A stretch of DNA of 62,940 bases, taken from assembly GCF_031769215.1 (NCBI RefSeq), contig NW_026783079.1, positions 1 through 62,940 of the forward strand, read 5' to 3'. The stretch is from Ylistrum balloti. Lineage: Eukaryota. A program made the translations under genes and the position numbers. This document shows, one piece after another, positions 40,216 through 48,719 of this stretch (its first letter is position 1; each line of letters begins with the position of its first letter). The notes beneath the pieces were generated by a model, which worked only from the letters and a program-made list of their open reading frames with translations, searched no databases and had not been told where the DNA came from.

Positions 40216-41412
40216 TTATACCGACGGTAACCCTAAAACACGTTTGGCAATAATATTAAGCTGAATTTCTGAACTGCCACCTTCAATTGTACTGGCGCGG
40301 CTGCGTAACCAATCTCGTGTTGTCGCCTGTTCTTCGTCTGTAAATCCAGGACCTTCCCAACCTAGTGCTTGTGGGCCTGCGATTCGTGTTGCTAGATCAA
40401 AACGACGTTGTTTGAGTTCGCTGCCACATAATTTTAAGATTGAGCTTTCAGGGCCTGGTGCGGCACCTGCTGCCAACGTTTGCTGAATACGCTCGGTGGT
40501 TAAACCGTAGCACATTTCATCAATAGCGTAGTTGACAATGTCGCAGCGCAAAAACGGATCTTTCAGTGGGCCTTGTGGCGTATTTTGGTAGGTACGGGTA
40601 GCTTCAACGAGCTTCATTTCAGTACCAGTAAGTTGGGTACCAATAGATTTGCCAATCGTTGTACGCTCATAGCCTAGTAAGGCTTTTGCAACTTGCCAAC
40701 CGCTGTTTACCTGACCAACTATATTGTTGACATTAGCTGTCGCGTTATCTAAGAAAACTTCGCAAAAAGGTGAACTACCGCTAATCAAGGGAATCGGGCG
40801 TACAGAGATAGCATCTTGCAACATGTCAACCAAGATAAAGGTGATACCTGCTTGTTTTTTAACGGTTTTATCTGTACGGGTTAAACAGAAAATCCAGTCA
40901 GATTTATCGGCGTGGGAGGTCCAAACTTTTTGCCCGTTGATGATGACCTTATCGCCATCAATCTCAGCTGTTGTTTGCAAGCCAGCTAGATCAGAACCAG
41001 CTCCTGGTTCTGAATAACCTTGACACCAGCGGGTTTCGCCAGAAACAATTTTTGGTAAATGTTCTTTTTTTTGGGTTTCTGTACCGTAATCAAGTAGGGT
41101 TGGTCCAATCATCACCAGGCCAAAGCCCACAAGCGGTGGTGGTACTTTAAGACGCTCTAATTCTTGTTCAAGAATCTCTGCTTCATCGTGTGTTAAACCG
41201 CCTCCACCATACATGGTTGGCCAAGTTGGTGCTGTAAAGCCTTTTTCGAGACTCACCTCAAACCAGCGTTTGACGTCCGCTTCAGGCTCTGGGTGCAAGC
41301 GGCCGCCCCAAAAGCCGTCAAAGCGGCCTTTGCGTGTGCCATAAAGAGACTGCGGCACATTCGCTTTTAGCCAAGCTTGCAGGTCTTTACGAAATAGATC
41401 TAAATTGGCCAT
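40216..41412 (-). CDS. Acyl-CoA dehydrogenase (likely catalytic alpha subunit)
   Basis: WCQGYSEPGAGSDLA, NGQKVWTS, TIEGGSSEIQLNIIAKRVLGLP. Confidence 0.9.
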   Translation of the reverse strand: MANLDLFRKDLQAWLKANVPQSLYGTRKGRFDGFWGGRLHPEPEADVKRWFEVSLEKGFTAPTWPTMYGGGGLTHDEAEILEQELERLKVPPPLVGFGLVMIGPTLLDYGTETQKKEHLPKIVSGETRWCQGYSEPGAGSDLAGLQTTAEIDGDKVIINGQKVWTSHADKSDWIFCLTRTDKTVKKQAGITFILVDMLQDAISVRPIPLISGSSPFCEVFLDNATANVNNIVGQVNSGWQVAKALLGYERTTIGKSIGTQLTGTEMKLVEATRTYQNTPQGPLKDPFLRCDIVNYAIDEMCYGLTTERIQQTLAAGAAPGPESSILKLCGSELKQRRFDLATRIAGPQALGWEGPGFTDEEQATTRDWLRSRASTIEGGSSEIQLNIIAKRVLGLPSV

Positions 41413-41421
41413 ATTTGGTGT

Positions 41422-42420
41422 TTAAGCAGGTGCTCTGTTAGACGTTGGAGCTGTCGAAGCTTCGGAATAAAACTGTTTATACCATTTGCGTAATTTCATA
41501 ACAGGGCCGTCGTCACCGCATAAAAGTGGCACATCACGGTAACATTTGTTTTCCCAAATTTCGATATCTTCTAGAAAACCTGTGGTTAAGTTATCAATAT
41601 ACCCCTTAGAAAAGCTTTCGGTCTGTTTTGGGTCAGTACCTTTTTTGAGCATGACACCAAAGCGTAAATCTAAGCTATTTGCGTCGACCATTGTATGGGC
41701 ATTGATTAAGCGGCTTTCTAAGAAACCATTCATCACAGAAATTTGAAAGCCAGGGCCGTAATACGTTGCTGTTAGGTCGAAATAATCCTTACCGCCACCA
41801 CGGGGGTAAGCAACCCCTTTGTTATATTGAATCGCTTTATGCTCATTAAAATCATTGGAAAATTCTTCAATAATTGTGCCATGTACAGGTGCAAAATGGG
41901 CAATATCAACAACATTTTCGACGATTTCACGAGAATGGGTCTTGATATGAATTTTACTATGTTCCCAGTAGGTCCATTCTTCGGATTCAGATTCTGGCAG
42001 TAGTGGAATTTCAAAATCAGGTGCCTTGCCTTCGGGGTCAAACCAAAGGAAGATAACACCATTTTTTTCTTGTAACAGCCAAGTTGTTGTCCAAGAGCCA
42101 CTTGCTGCTCGTTTTGGGATATCTTGGCAATAAGGTATTTCTGTACACTCGCCTTGTCCATTAAACCGCCAAGAATGAAATGGGCATTCTAGGGTGTCTT
42201 CAATTACTTTGCCTTTACCTAAGTCCATCCCTAAATGTGGGCAATAGGCATCAATGACATGAAGGTCTCCAGATTGACCGCGAAAACAAACCAGCCGATG
42301 GCCAAAATAGGTCATCGATTTGACGTCCCCAGGTTGATATTCATTGGAAAACCCAATTACAAACCAACCGCGAGGAAATCCCTCTATACGATCTTTACGT
42401 CGTTCTGTACGTTGTTCCAT
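41422..42420 (-). CDS. kshA: Rieske oxygenase, 3-ketosteroid 9-alpha-hydroxylase KshA-like
   Basis: FPRGWF, Rieske CPH..CPFH, mononuclear-iron ENVVDIAHFAPVH, DIEIWENK, DGPVMKLRKWYKQFY. Steroid-cluster context. Confidence 0.7.
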   Translation of the reverse strand: MEQRTERRKDRIEGFPRGWFVIGFSNEYQPGDVKSMTYFGHRLVCFRGQSGDLHVIDAYCPHLGMDLGKGKVIEDTLECPFHSWRFNGQGECTEIPYCQDIPKRAASGSWTTTWLLQEKNGVIFLWFDPEGKAPDFEIPLLPESESEEWTYWEHSKIHIKTHSREIVENVVDIAHFAPVHGTIIEEFSNDFNEHKAIQYNKGVAYPRGGGKDYFDLTATYYGPGFQISVMNGFLESRLINAHTMVDANSLDLRFGVMLKKGTDPKQTESFSKGYIDNLTTGFLEDIEIWENKCYRDVPLLCGDDGPVMKLRKWYKQFYSEASTAPTSNRAPA

Positions 42421-42427
42421 AATCGCG

Positions 42428-42622
42428 TTACGACTCTTCTAAACGGATTGCTGCCCGTGGGCAATTTGCAACAGCTGATTCAAGCTGTTCACGTAGGGAT
42501 TCATCGGGATTTTCATTTAGAACGGTTAACGTGTCGTCTTCTTCTACGCGAAAAATCTCGGGTGCGATTTGTTCGCAAATGGCATTTGCTTCACAGGAAT
42601 CATAATCTATGATAATTTTCAT
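42428..42622 (-). CDS. Small [3Fe-4S]-type ferredoxin
   Basis: CEANAIC...CP (CxxNxxC, with Asn at the second Cys position). Confidence 0.88.
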   Translation of the reverse strand: MKIIIDYDSCEANAICEQIAPEIFRVEEDDTLTVLNENPDESLREQLESAVANCPRAAIRLEES

Positions 42623-43257
42623 GCAGCCTCCTCACTAGTCTGTTGTGGGCGTAACGATAAACCATGACGTTCTTCTAAATGTGCAGCGATTTTGTTGGCT
42701 AACTCTTCTGCTGCTGGCACAAGTGCTGGTTCGATCATCGCATTGACCATCGGTCCCATCGGGCCGCCAGCTTCCATGGCCAATGTAAAGGTTAGCTCTG
42801 TGGCATTATCTTGAATTTCAGAAGCGTCAAGTTGTTTGCGTTCTGTTGTTTCATTAAACCGTTTAAATAACAAGCGAAATAACCAAATCATAAAACGTTT
42901 GATGAGGCCTAGGCGCTTTGGGGCTTTGTTTTGTTCTGATGATTCTGTTTGTGTTGGGGGGGCACCGTAAGGGTACATTGTGAACTCGCCATTACCCTCA
43001 AGAGGCTCGGAGACGCCTTTTAAGGTAAAAGTTACTTTTTCTGGGCCTTGCCACTCTGTAATGTGTACTGCAAACTCAATGGTGCGTTGTAAAATGCCCA
43101 CATCTCCTTTGAGTGTCCAGGTCGAATCGGTCTCTGATTGCACCTCATGGCTTTGGTAGCCGGTTACAAAGGGTGCCCAGTTATTCATATCCTGGACAAA
43201 ATCCCAGATTTTGTCGCGATCTAAGTTTAGAACGGTACTGTATGTTGCCGCAGGCAC
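42619..43257 (-). CDS. SRPBCC/CoxG-family ligand-binding protein
   Basis: IWDFVQDMNNWAPFVTGY. GTG start overlaps the upstream TAG (TAGTG). Confidence 0.75.
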   Translation of the reverse strand: MPAATYSTVLNLDRDKIWDFVQDMNNWAPFVTGYQSHEVQSETDSTWTLKGDVGILQRTIEFAVHITEWQGPEKVTFTLKGVSEPLEGNGEFTMYPYGAPPTQTESSEQNKAPKRLGLIKRFMIWLFRLLFKRFNETTERKQLDASEIQDNATELTFTLAMEAGGPMGPMVNAMIEPALVPAAEELANKIAAHLEERHGLSLRPQQTSEEAA

Positions 43258-44918
43258 TAGAGAATGCCACACATATGTTGTGCCGCAACGTAGCCCCACG
43301 TCATATTACGTAAGTTCGACAGGCCACTTTGGTAGCCAGCCCCGGTATCTAGAGGTGCTGCCGCATTACCACAGGCATACAGGCCTTCAATCCCATGACC
43401 ACGTACATGTTGTACTTGGCCAGTGGCTGTGGTTTTCAGACCAACACAGTTGACACCAACACCAACTGGAATCAGCTTAATACCGTAATAAGGTGCTTTA
43501 TTGAGTGGGCCCATATTGGGGTTAGGGCGATCACGGTCACCAATAAACTTGGCAGCCCAAGGATAGGTGCCACGACCAAAGTCTGGATCTGTTTCACCAT
43601 CAGCAAAGCTGTTAAAGCGTTCTAGCGTTTCAACAAAATTATCGGCATCAATCCCCAGTTTTTCTGCTAATTCCCGCGGCGTGTCGGCTTTGACAATCAT
43701 TTCATCTGGGATTTGCATACCGGGTAAAAAGGTGGCAAAGCTATATTTTTCGCGGTAATTGCTATCAAAAATAAGGTAGGGGGGGTAGTTGGTATGTTGT
43801 TGTTTGACCCCGTCCCAGCCATGGACTTTCGGTAAGTATTCACGGTAGAAGGATTCGTCACAGAACCGCTTGCCTTCATCGTTGACCCAAATGGCATGGG
43901 GGTAACCGCCTTCCCATGAAGCGCGGCATAGTGGGTGCCCATCGTGTTCTTCACCAGGGATGGTATAGCCAAAAAACATACCTAAGTTATAGCTTGGTAC
44001 GCCACCAAGGGATGCGCCAACTTCACCACCAAGGACAATGTTATCGCCATGTAGATGAGGCTGACACATCGATTTCCATTCTGGCAGTCCTTCAAATTGA
44101 ATCGCCATTTCTTCATTCCAGTCATAGCCACCCACACCAAGCAGTACACCTTTATTTGCTTTGACAAAAAAGTCATTGCCATCAGCAGCTTCGGCGCGTA
44201 CGCCAATGACGCGACTGCCTTCTGTAATGAGTTCTCGCACGGGAGTTTCGACAAACGCTTGTGCGTTTGTGCGGTCAATCAGCGCTGCTTTGACGAAATA
44301 GCCCATCATACCCGGGCCCATCCCCCGTTGATCCGCACCAATTTGTTTGCCCATATGAGCAAAATCCCATTTGGTAACACAGGAAACACTGCCCCATTCA
44401 AACAAGGTGTCATGGTTGATGCCGGGCGGCATATGTGGGGTTAAATAGGTCTTTTTTTGCCATTCTTTTAGGTCAGGGCCATTAAAGAGTTCAACTTCTA
44501 GGTAGCGGCCTTCTGCAAGGGTACCTGGTGCATGGGGGTAATGGTAATCGGGAAAGCCTTTGATGGTTTTCCAGGCAATACCGGCTTTTTCGCCTAAATA
44601 CTCTGCTGCTTCACGGCCTTTATCAAATAAAATACGTTGTAGGGCTTTGTTGGCATAACCGCCAGCTAAGAAATCTAAATAGGCAAAGGCTTCTGTTTCG
44701 TTATCTTCTGTGCCCTCGGCAAGCATTTTGTAATTGCAGGGGACAAAGACCTCACCACCAGAGTAGGCACACACACCGCCTAATTTGGGGGCTTTTTCTA
44801 AGATTGCCACCTTTAGACCATTGTCCTGGGCAACGATTGCTGCACTCATGGCTCCTAAACCGGAACCGGCAATGACAACATCGACTTCTAAATTCCACTG
44901 TGCGGGTGCTGTGGCCAT
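43257..44918 (-). CDS. FAD-dependent 3-ketosteroid dehydrogenase-like (KstD/delta4 family)
   Basis: IAGSGLGA, EKAPKLGG..AYSGG, PDYHYP, DPDFGRG, GLYACGN. Confidence 0.75.
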   Translation of the reverse strand: MATAPAQWNLEVDVVIAGSGLGAMSAAIVAQDNGLKVAILEKAPKLGGVCAYSGGEVFVPCNYKMLAEGTEDNETEAFAYLDFLAGGYANKALQRILFDKGREAAEYLGEKAGIAWKTIKGFPDYHYPHAPGTLAEGRYLEVELFNGPDLKEWQKKTYLTPHMPPGINHDTLFEWGSVSCVTKWDFAHMGKQIGADQRGMGPGMMGYFVKAALIDRTNAQAFVETPVRELITEGSRVIGVRAEAADGNDFFVKANKGVLLGVGGYDWNEEMAIQFEGLPEWKSMCQPHLHGDNIVLGGEVGASLGGVPSYNLGMFFGYTIPGEEHDGHPLCRASWEGGYPHAIWVNDEGKRFCDESFYREYLPKVHGWDGVKQQHTNYPPYLIFDSNYREKYSFATFLPGMQIPDEMIVKADTPRELAEKLGIDADNFVETLERFNSFADGETDPDFGRGTYPWAAKFIGDRDRPNPNMGPLNKAPYYGIKLIPVGVGVNCVGLKTTATGQVQHVRGHGIEGLYACGNAAAPLDTGAGYQSGLSNLRNMTWGYVAAQHMCGIL

Positions 44919-44960
44919 CGTATAGAACTCCTAAATTCGTCGTATTTAATAAGAAATTTC

Positions 44961-44989
44961 ATAATAGAACACGTTTCACTGCGCTGCAA
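44961..44989 (-). promoter_or_regulatory. Sigma70-like promoter of the leftward steroid operon
   Basis: Minus strand TTGCAG-N17-TATTAT. SD AGGAG at 44932-44928. Confidence 0.55.
44965..44978. promoter_or_regulatory. KstR-type operator, left
   Basis: TAGAACACGTTTCA matches TnnAACnnGTTnnA exactly and overlaps the spacer and -10 of the promoter above. Confidence 0.72.
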
Positions 44990-45114
44990 ATAATCTGGGA
45001 GTTTTTGATTTGATATGGGGGTGGGGATTTTGTTTAGAATGGTTATGTGGGGAGAGAGTTAAGGGGGGAATGGGAGGTAACTTTTGGGTTGTTAGAGCTC
45101 TTAAGGAGACAATA

Positions 45115-46638
45115 GTGAAATCTGTGCTTGATAATCTTGCTAAAACTATTGATAGGGCATCCACTGAAAGAGATATTGATGTATTAAATGATTCTATTTT
45201 AAAAATCGAGGAGCTTCTAAGTCGAGAATTATCTCCGTTTGAAAAAGCTCAGCTCTATTTCTTCAGTGCAAATTGTTATTCAATGAAGAGAATCATTAAT
45301 GGAGATGTCTATGGATGGGCCTGGGAAGATGAAAATTTAGAAAAAGAGATATCTTATCTCAGGTACTCCTTAGCGGAATGTAAGTCTATTCCGTTCAAAA
45401 AAGATGGATCTGATTTAAGATTTAGGGTCGAAACGAATTTAGCTAATGCCCTAAACCATGTCGGACGTTTTGTTGAAGCTCTTGAGTCTTGGGGAAATGT
45501 TCTAAAGGATTCTCCTGAATACGCAATGGCTGTCGGAAACAGAGGGCATTGCCTTTTTTGGTATGCCAAATACTTATATGATCCAGGGCATCAATCTATT
45601 TTTCTGAATGAAAGCTACCAACAGATAAAAAGTGCATTAGACATTGGTGTAGAAGAACATGCAAAAAATGGGATGTGTAACTTGCTAAATTACCTTAAGT
45701 CATTGAATAACTGGAATGAGTTCGAATTTTATCCTGAAGAGGTCTCAAGAGGTAGGTCGAAGCTTGAGCGTTCCTATCGCACCTGGTGCATTAAAAAAAG
45801 GTTATTTTTAAATCCGCTTAATGATATTTGGAAACATGATATTGTCGCGAACGATATACTTACTTTTCCCTCTATTATTACACCTATAGTGGATCCAGAT
45901 AGTAACAATATATTTCCAGAGGTCTATGGCATATACAATCAGCTCAAACAGGAATTTGTATCTGCCCGCTATATTATGTTTGAAGCAATAGAGGAGTCAG
46001 AAAGTAGATTACATTTTTCAGATAAACGAGTAAAGCTATACGATATGTTAGATTATCGAAAATATCGATTATGGATAGAAAAACTAAAAATGGCTTTTCT
46101 ATCAGCGTATGCAATTTTTGACAAGATAGCGTATCTAATTAACGAGCATTGGCAGCTGTCGGTCGATACCCAGAGAGTCCAGTTTAATACGATATGGTAC
46201 AAATCAGTTAATCGTGGAAAAGGACTTTCTAGTCACTTTTCTGATTATGATAACTGGCCTCTCAGAGGCCTTTTTTGGCTAAGTAAAGATCTATACTTTA
46301 AGAACAACGAGAATAGCCCTATCGAGCCGGATGCTCGTCTTCTTAATCATATAAGAAATCATATTGCTCATAAATATCTTTGTGTATACGATAGGGTTTG
46401 AGTATACGATAGGGATTTAGATTTTAAGTGCTCTAGACAAAAAGGTAAGAATCATTTGGCATTTCGAATTACTGATGACGAATTTAAGTCTCAGTCAATA
46501 AAACTATTGAAGCTAGTTCGTAGTGCGTTAATTTATTTGTCTTTGGCAGCCCATAGCAAATCATCAGAAGAAAATATTAGAGAAAGGCGGATAATTAGAA
46601 TGGATCTCTATGAAATTGAAGATTCATTTAGGCTGTAG
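45115..46638 (+). pseudogene. LA2681-like HEPN-domain protein with TPR-like N-terminus and an in-frame TGA at 46399-46401
   Basis: FLNPLND, NQLKQEFVSARY, FDKIA, NWPLRGLFWLSKDL, RNHIAH (RxxxxH). The C-terminal helix KLLKLVRSALIYLSL is in the same frame after the stop. GTG start has SD AAGGAG. Confidence 0.78.
46381..46416 (+). repeat. 18-bp imperfect tandem repeat containing the HEPN stop codon
   Basis: TGTGTATACGATAGGGTT / TGAGTATACGATAGGGAT (16/18 identical). Confidence 0.8.
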
Positions 46639-46759
46639 CTTTAATAACGGAAGAAAAAAAGGATTGTTATATATCTACCTCTTGAAAGTTGTTTTTTATC
46701 TTGCAAAATCTATTTAAAATTGACAAAATGTAAACAAGTCGAAAACATGTTGATTGTCT

Positions 46760-47266
46760 ATGAATTATAAAGTTGTCCTCATTACTGTACTGACGATGCT
46801 TCCGTCATTGGCACTGGCCAGTGATAAAAGTGATCAGACGATCTCATTTGAGCAACGAGATAGAGATAATATCGAGCAAGTTGCAACAGATGTATATGCG
46901 ATAGATAAGCGTCTCATTCGTTTAGAGCAACGTTTCGATGTAATAGACGAGCGTTTTACATTTGTTGATCACCGTTTTAAGGCAATTGATCATCGTTTTG
47001 ATGCGGTGAATCAGCGTATTACAGATCTCAAAGATTCAATGCAGCAGCAGTTTCGTGATATTCGTGCTCTGCTTTATGTGCTACTGGCCGGTATGTTTAC
47101 CTTGGTTGGGTTTATTCTTTGGGACCGTCGTACAACCCTTGCGCCTGTGCAACGATTGCAAAGAGACCATGACGAGCAACTAACAAGCGTGCGAAACGTA
47201 TTACTCGAATGGGCTGCGGATCAACCAAAGCTTGCAGCAACGCTGAAGCGTTTTAATATCTTGTAA
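46760..47266 (+). CDS. Exported coiled-coil protein with C-terminal TM anchor
   Basis: Signal peptide ..SLALA, heptad RFxxxD repeats, TM followed by WDRRT. Confidence 0.65.
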   Translation: MNYKVVLITVLTMLPSLALASDKSDQTISFEQRDRDNIEQVATDVYAIDKRLIRLEQRFDVIDERFTFVDHRFKAIDHRFDAVNQRITDLKDSMQQQFRDIRALLYVLLAGMFTLVGFILWDRRTTLAPVQRLQRDHDEQLTSVRNVLLEWAADQPKLAATLKRFNIL

Positions 47267-47421
47267 TCTTTTAAATAGTTAAGTCAAAAGATCAGTATGC
47301 TGCTAAAAATGCTGCTACTGATATGGTTCTTTTGCGCTATGGTTCTCCTCTATATTAATGCTATGTTTCTGCTACGTAGGTTAAGACATCTATGAATGCA
47401 ATGTACATAAAAAAATAGAAC

Positions 47422-47435
47422 TAGAACGTGTTTCA
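47422..47435. promoter_or_regulatory. KstR-type operator, right
   Basis: TAGAACGTGTTTCA matches TnnAACnnGTTnnA, 61 bp before the hsaA start. An extra TAGAAC half-site lies at 47416-47421. Confidence 0.72.
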
Positions 47436-47496
47436 TATTTGGGATATTCTAAATACATAAAGAATTTGACAAATAAACATAATGAGGTCTGCAAAG

Positions 47497-48696
47497 ATGG
47501 CTGTAGCTGCACACACGTTAAATATTCCAACTCATGATGAACTTGTTTCCCGTGCACGAGATCTGGCGCCAAAGCTAAAAGAGCGGGCAGAGGCCGCAGA
47601 GGCTGCACGCTGTGTGCCTGAGCAAACGGTCGCAGAAATGCAAGAAGCTGGTTTTTTTCAGGTGCTACAGCCCAAAAAATGGGGCGGGTATGAGTGTGAA
47701 CCACGTACTTTTTTTGATATCCAAATGGAACTGGCGCGGGCCTGTCCATCAACAGCCTGGATTTATGGTGTTATTGGTATTCATCAATGGCAGATGGCTT
47801 TATTTCCTGAAGAGACACAACAAGAGGTTTGGGGAGAGGATCCTCGTGTACTGATTTCTTCCTCCTATATGCCTGTTGGTAAGGTCGAGCATACCGATGG
47901 TGGTGTGATTTTAAGTGGTCGTTGGGGGTTTTCTAGTGGCTGTGATCATTGTCAGTGGGTGTTTGTTGGTGGTTTTATTCCACCTAAAGATGGTGAAGGC
48001 TATCCTGATATGGTGACTTTTTTGGTACCACGTAGCGATTATGACTTTGATGATGACTGGCATGTCTCTGGTTTAAAAGCGACAGGTAGTAAGACGGTTA
48101 TTGTTGATAAAAAGTTTGTGCCTTGGCGTCGAATTCATAAATTTAGTGATGGATTTAAACAAGATAGCCCCGGTCATGCGGTTAATGATGCACCGCTATT
48201 TCGTCTCCCTTTTGGGCAAATTTTTGTTCGGGCGGTTTCTACAGGGACTATTGGGATGTTACAAGGTGCGTTAGATACCTACATCGAGGTGCAAAAGGAC
48301 CGTGTCCAACGTGGTAATGGTGAAGCCGTCTCTCAGCAAGCAAATGCGCAACAGGCGGTTGCTCATGCTGCAGCAACAATTGATATGTTAAAGCTCATAC
48401 TCTACCGCAGTTTTGATGAAATGATGGATTATGTGAGGCGCGGTGAAAAGATACCTGTTGAGCGTCGTGTTCATTTTCGTTATCAGTCCGCGTTGGTTGT
48501 TGAGTCTTGCTTAGAGGCTGCGACGAAATTATTAAACGAAAGTGGCGGTTCTGGGATCTTTTTAACCAATCCAATCAATAGCTATTTTCAAGATATACGT
48601 GCCGCGCGCGGACATTATGCCAATAATATGGATAAGCCTGGTAAAAACTTAGGTAGTGTCTTAATGGGCTTAAAAAATACAGATTTCTTTATTTAA
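47497..48696 (+). CDS. hsaA: Flavin-dependent monooxygenase oxygenase, HsaA-like
   Basis: AGFFQVLQPKKWGGYE, ACPSTAWIYGV, GRWGFSSGCDH, WHVSGLKATGS, FQDIRAARGH. Confidence 0.82.
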   Translation: MAVAAHTLNIPTHDELVSRARDLAPKLKERAEAAEAARCVPEQTVAEMQEAGFFQVLQPKKWGGYECEPRTFFDIQMELARACPSTAWIYGVIGIHQWQMALFPEETQQEVWGEDPRVLISSSYMPVGKVEHTDGGVILSGRWGFSSGCDHCQWVFVGGFIPPKDGEGYPDMVTFLVPRSDYDFDDDWHVSGLKATGSKTVIVDKKFVPWRRIHKFSDGFKQDSPGHAVNDAPLFRLPFGQIFVRAVSTGTIGMLQGALDTYIEVQKDRVQRGNGEAVSQQANAQQAVAHAAATIDMLKLILYRSFDEMMDYVRRGEKIPVERRVHFRYQSALVVESCLEAATKLLNESGGSGIFLTNPINSYFQDIRAARGHYANNMDKPGKNLGSVLMGLKNTDFFI

Positions 48697-48719
48697 ACGT
48701 AATCTAAAGGCCTCTAATA

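Noticed and set aside
5169-46401. Stop-codon reassignment as an explanation for the in-frame TAA and TGA
   Set aside because: Many intact genes end in TGA (11399, 16625, 34323, 55674) or TAA, Trp is encoded by TGG throughout, and the two stops are different codons.
46741-46754. Third KstR box (GAAAACATGTTGAT)
   Set aside because: Only the AACnnGTT core matches. Both outer T/A positions fail.
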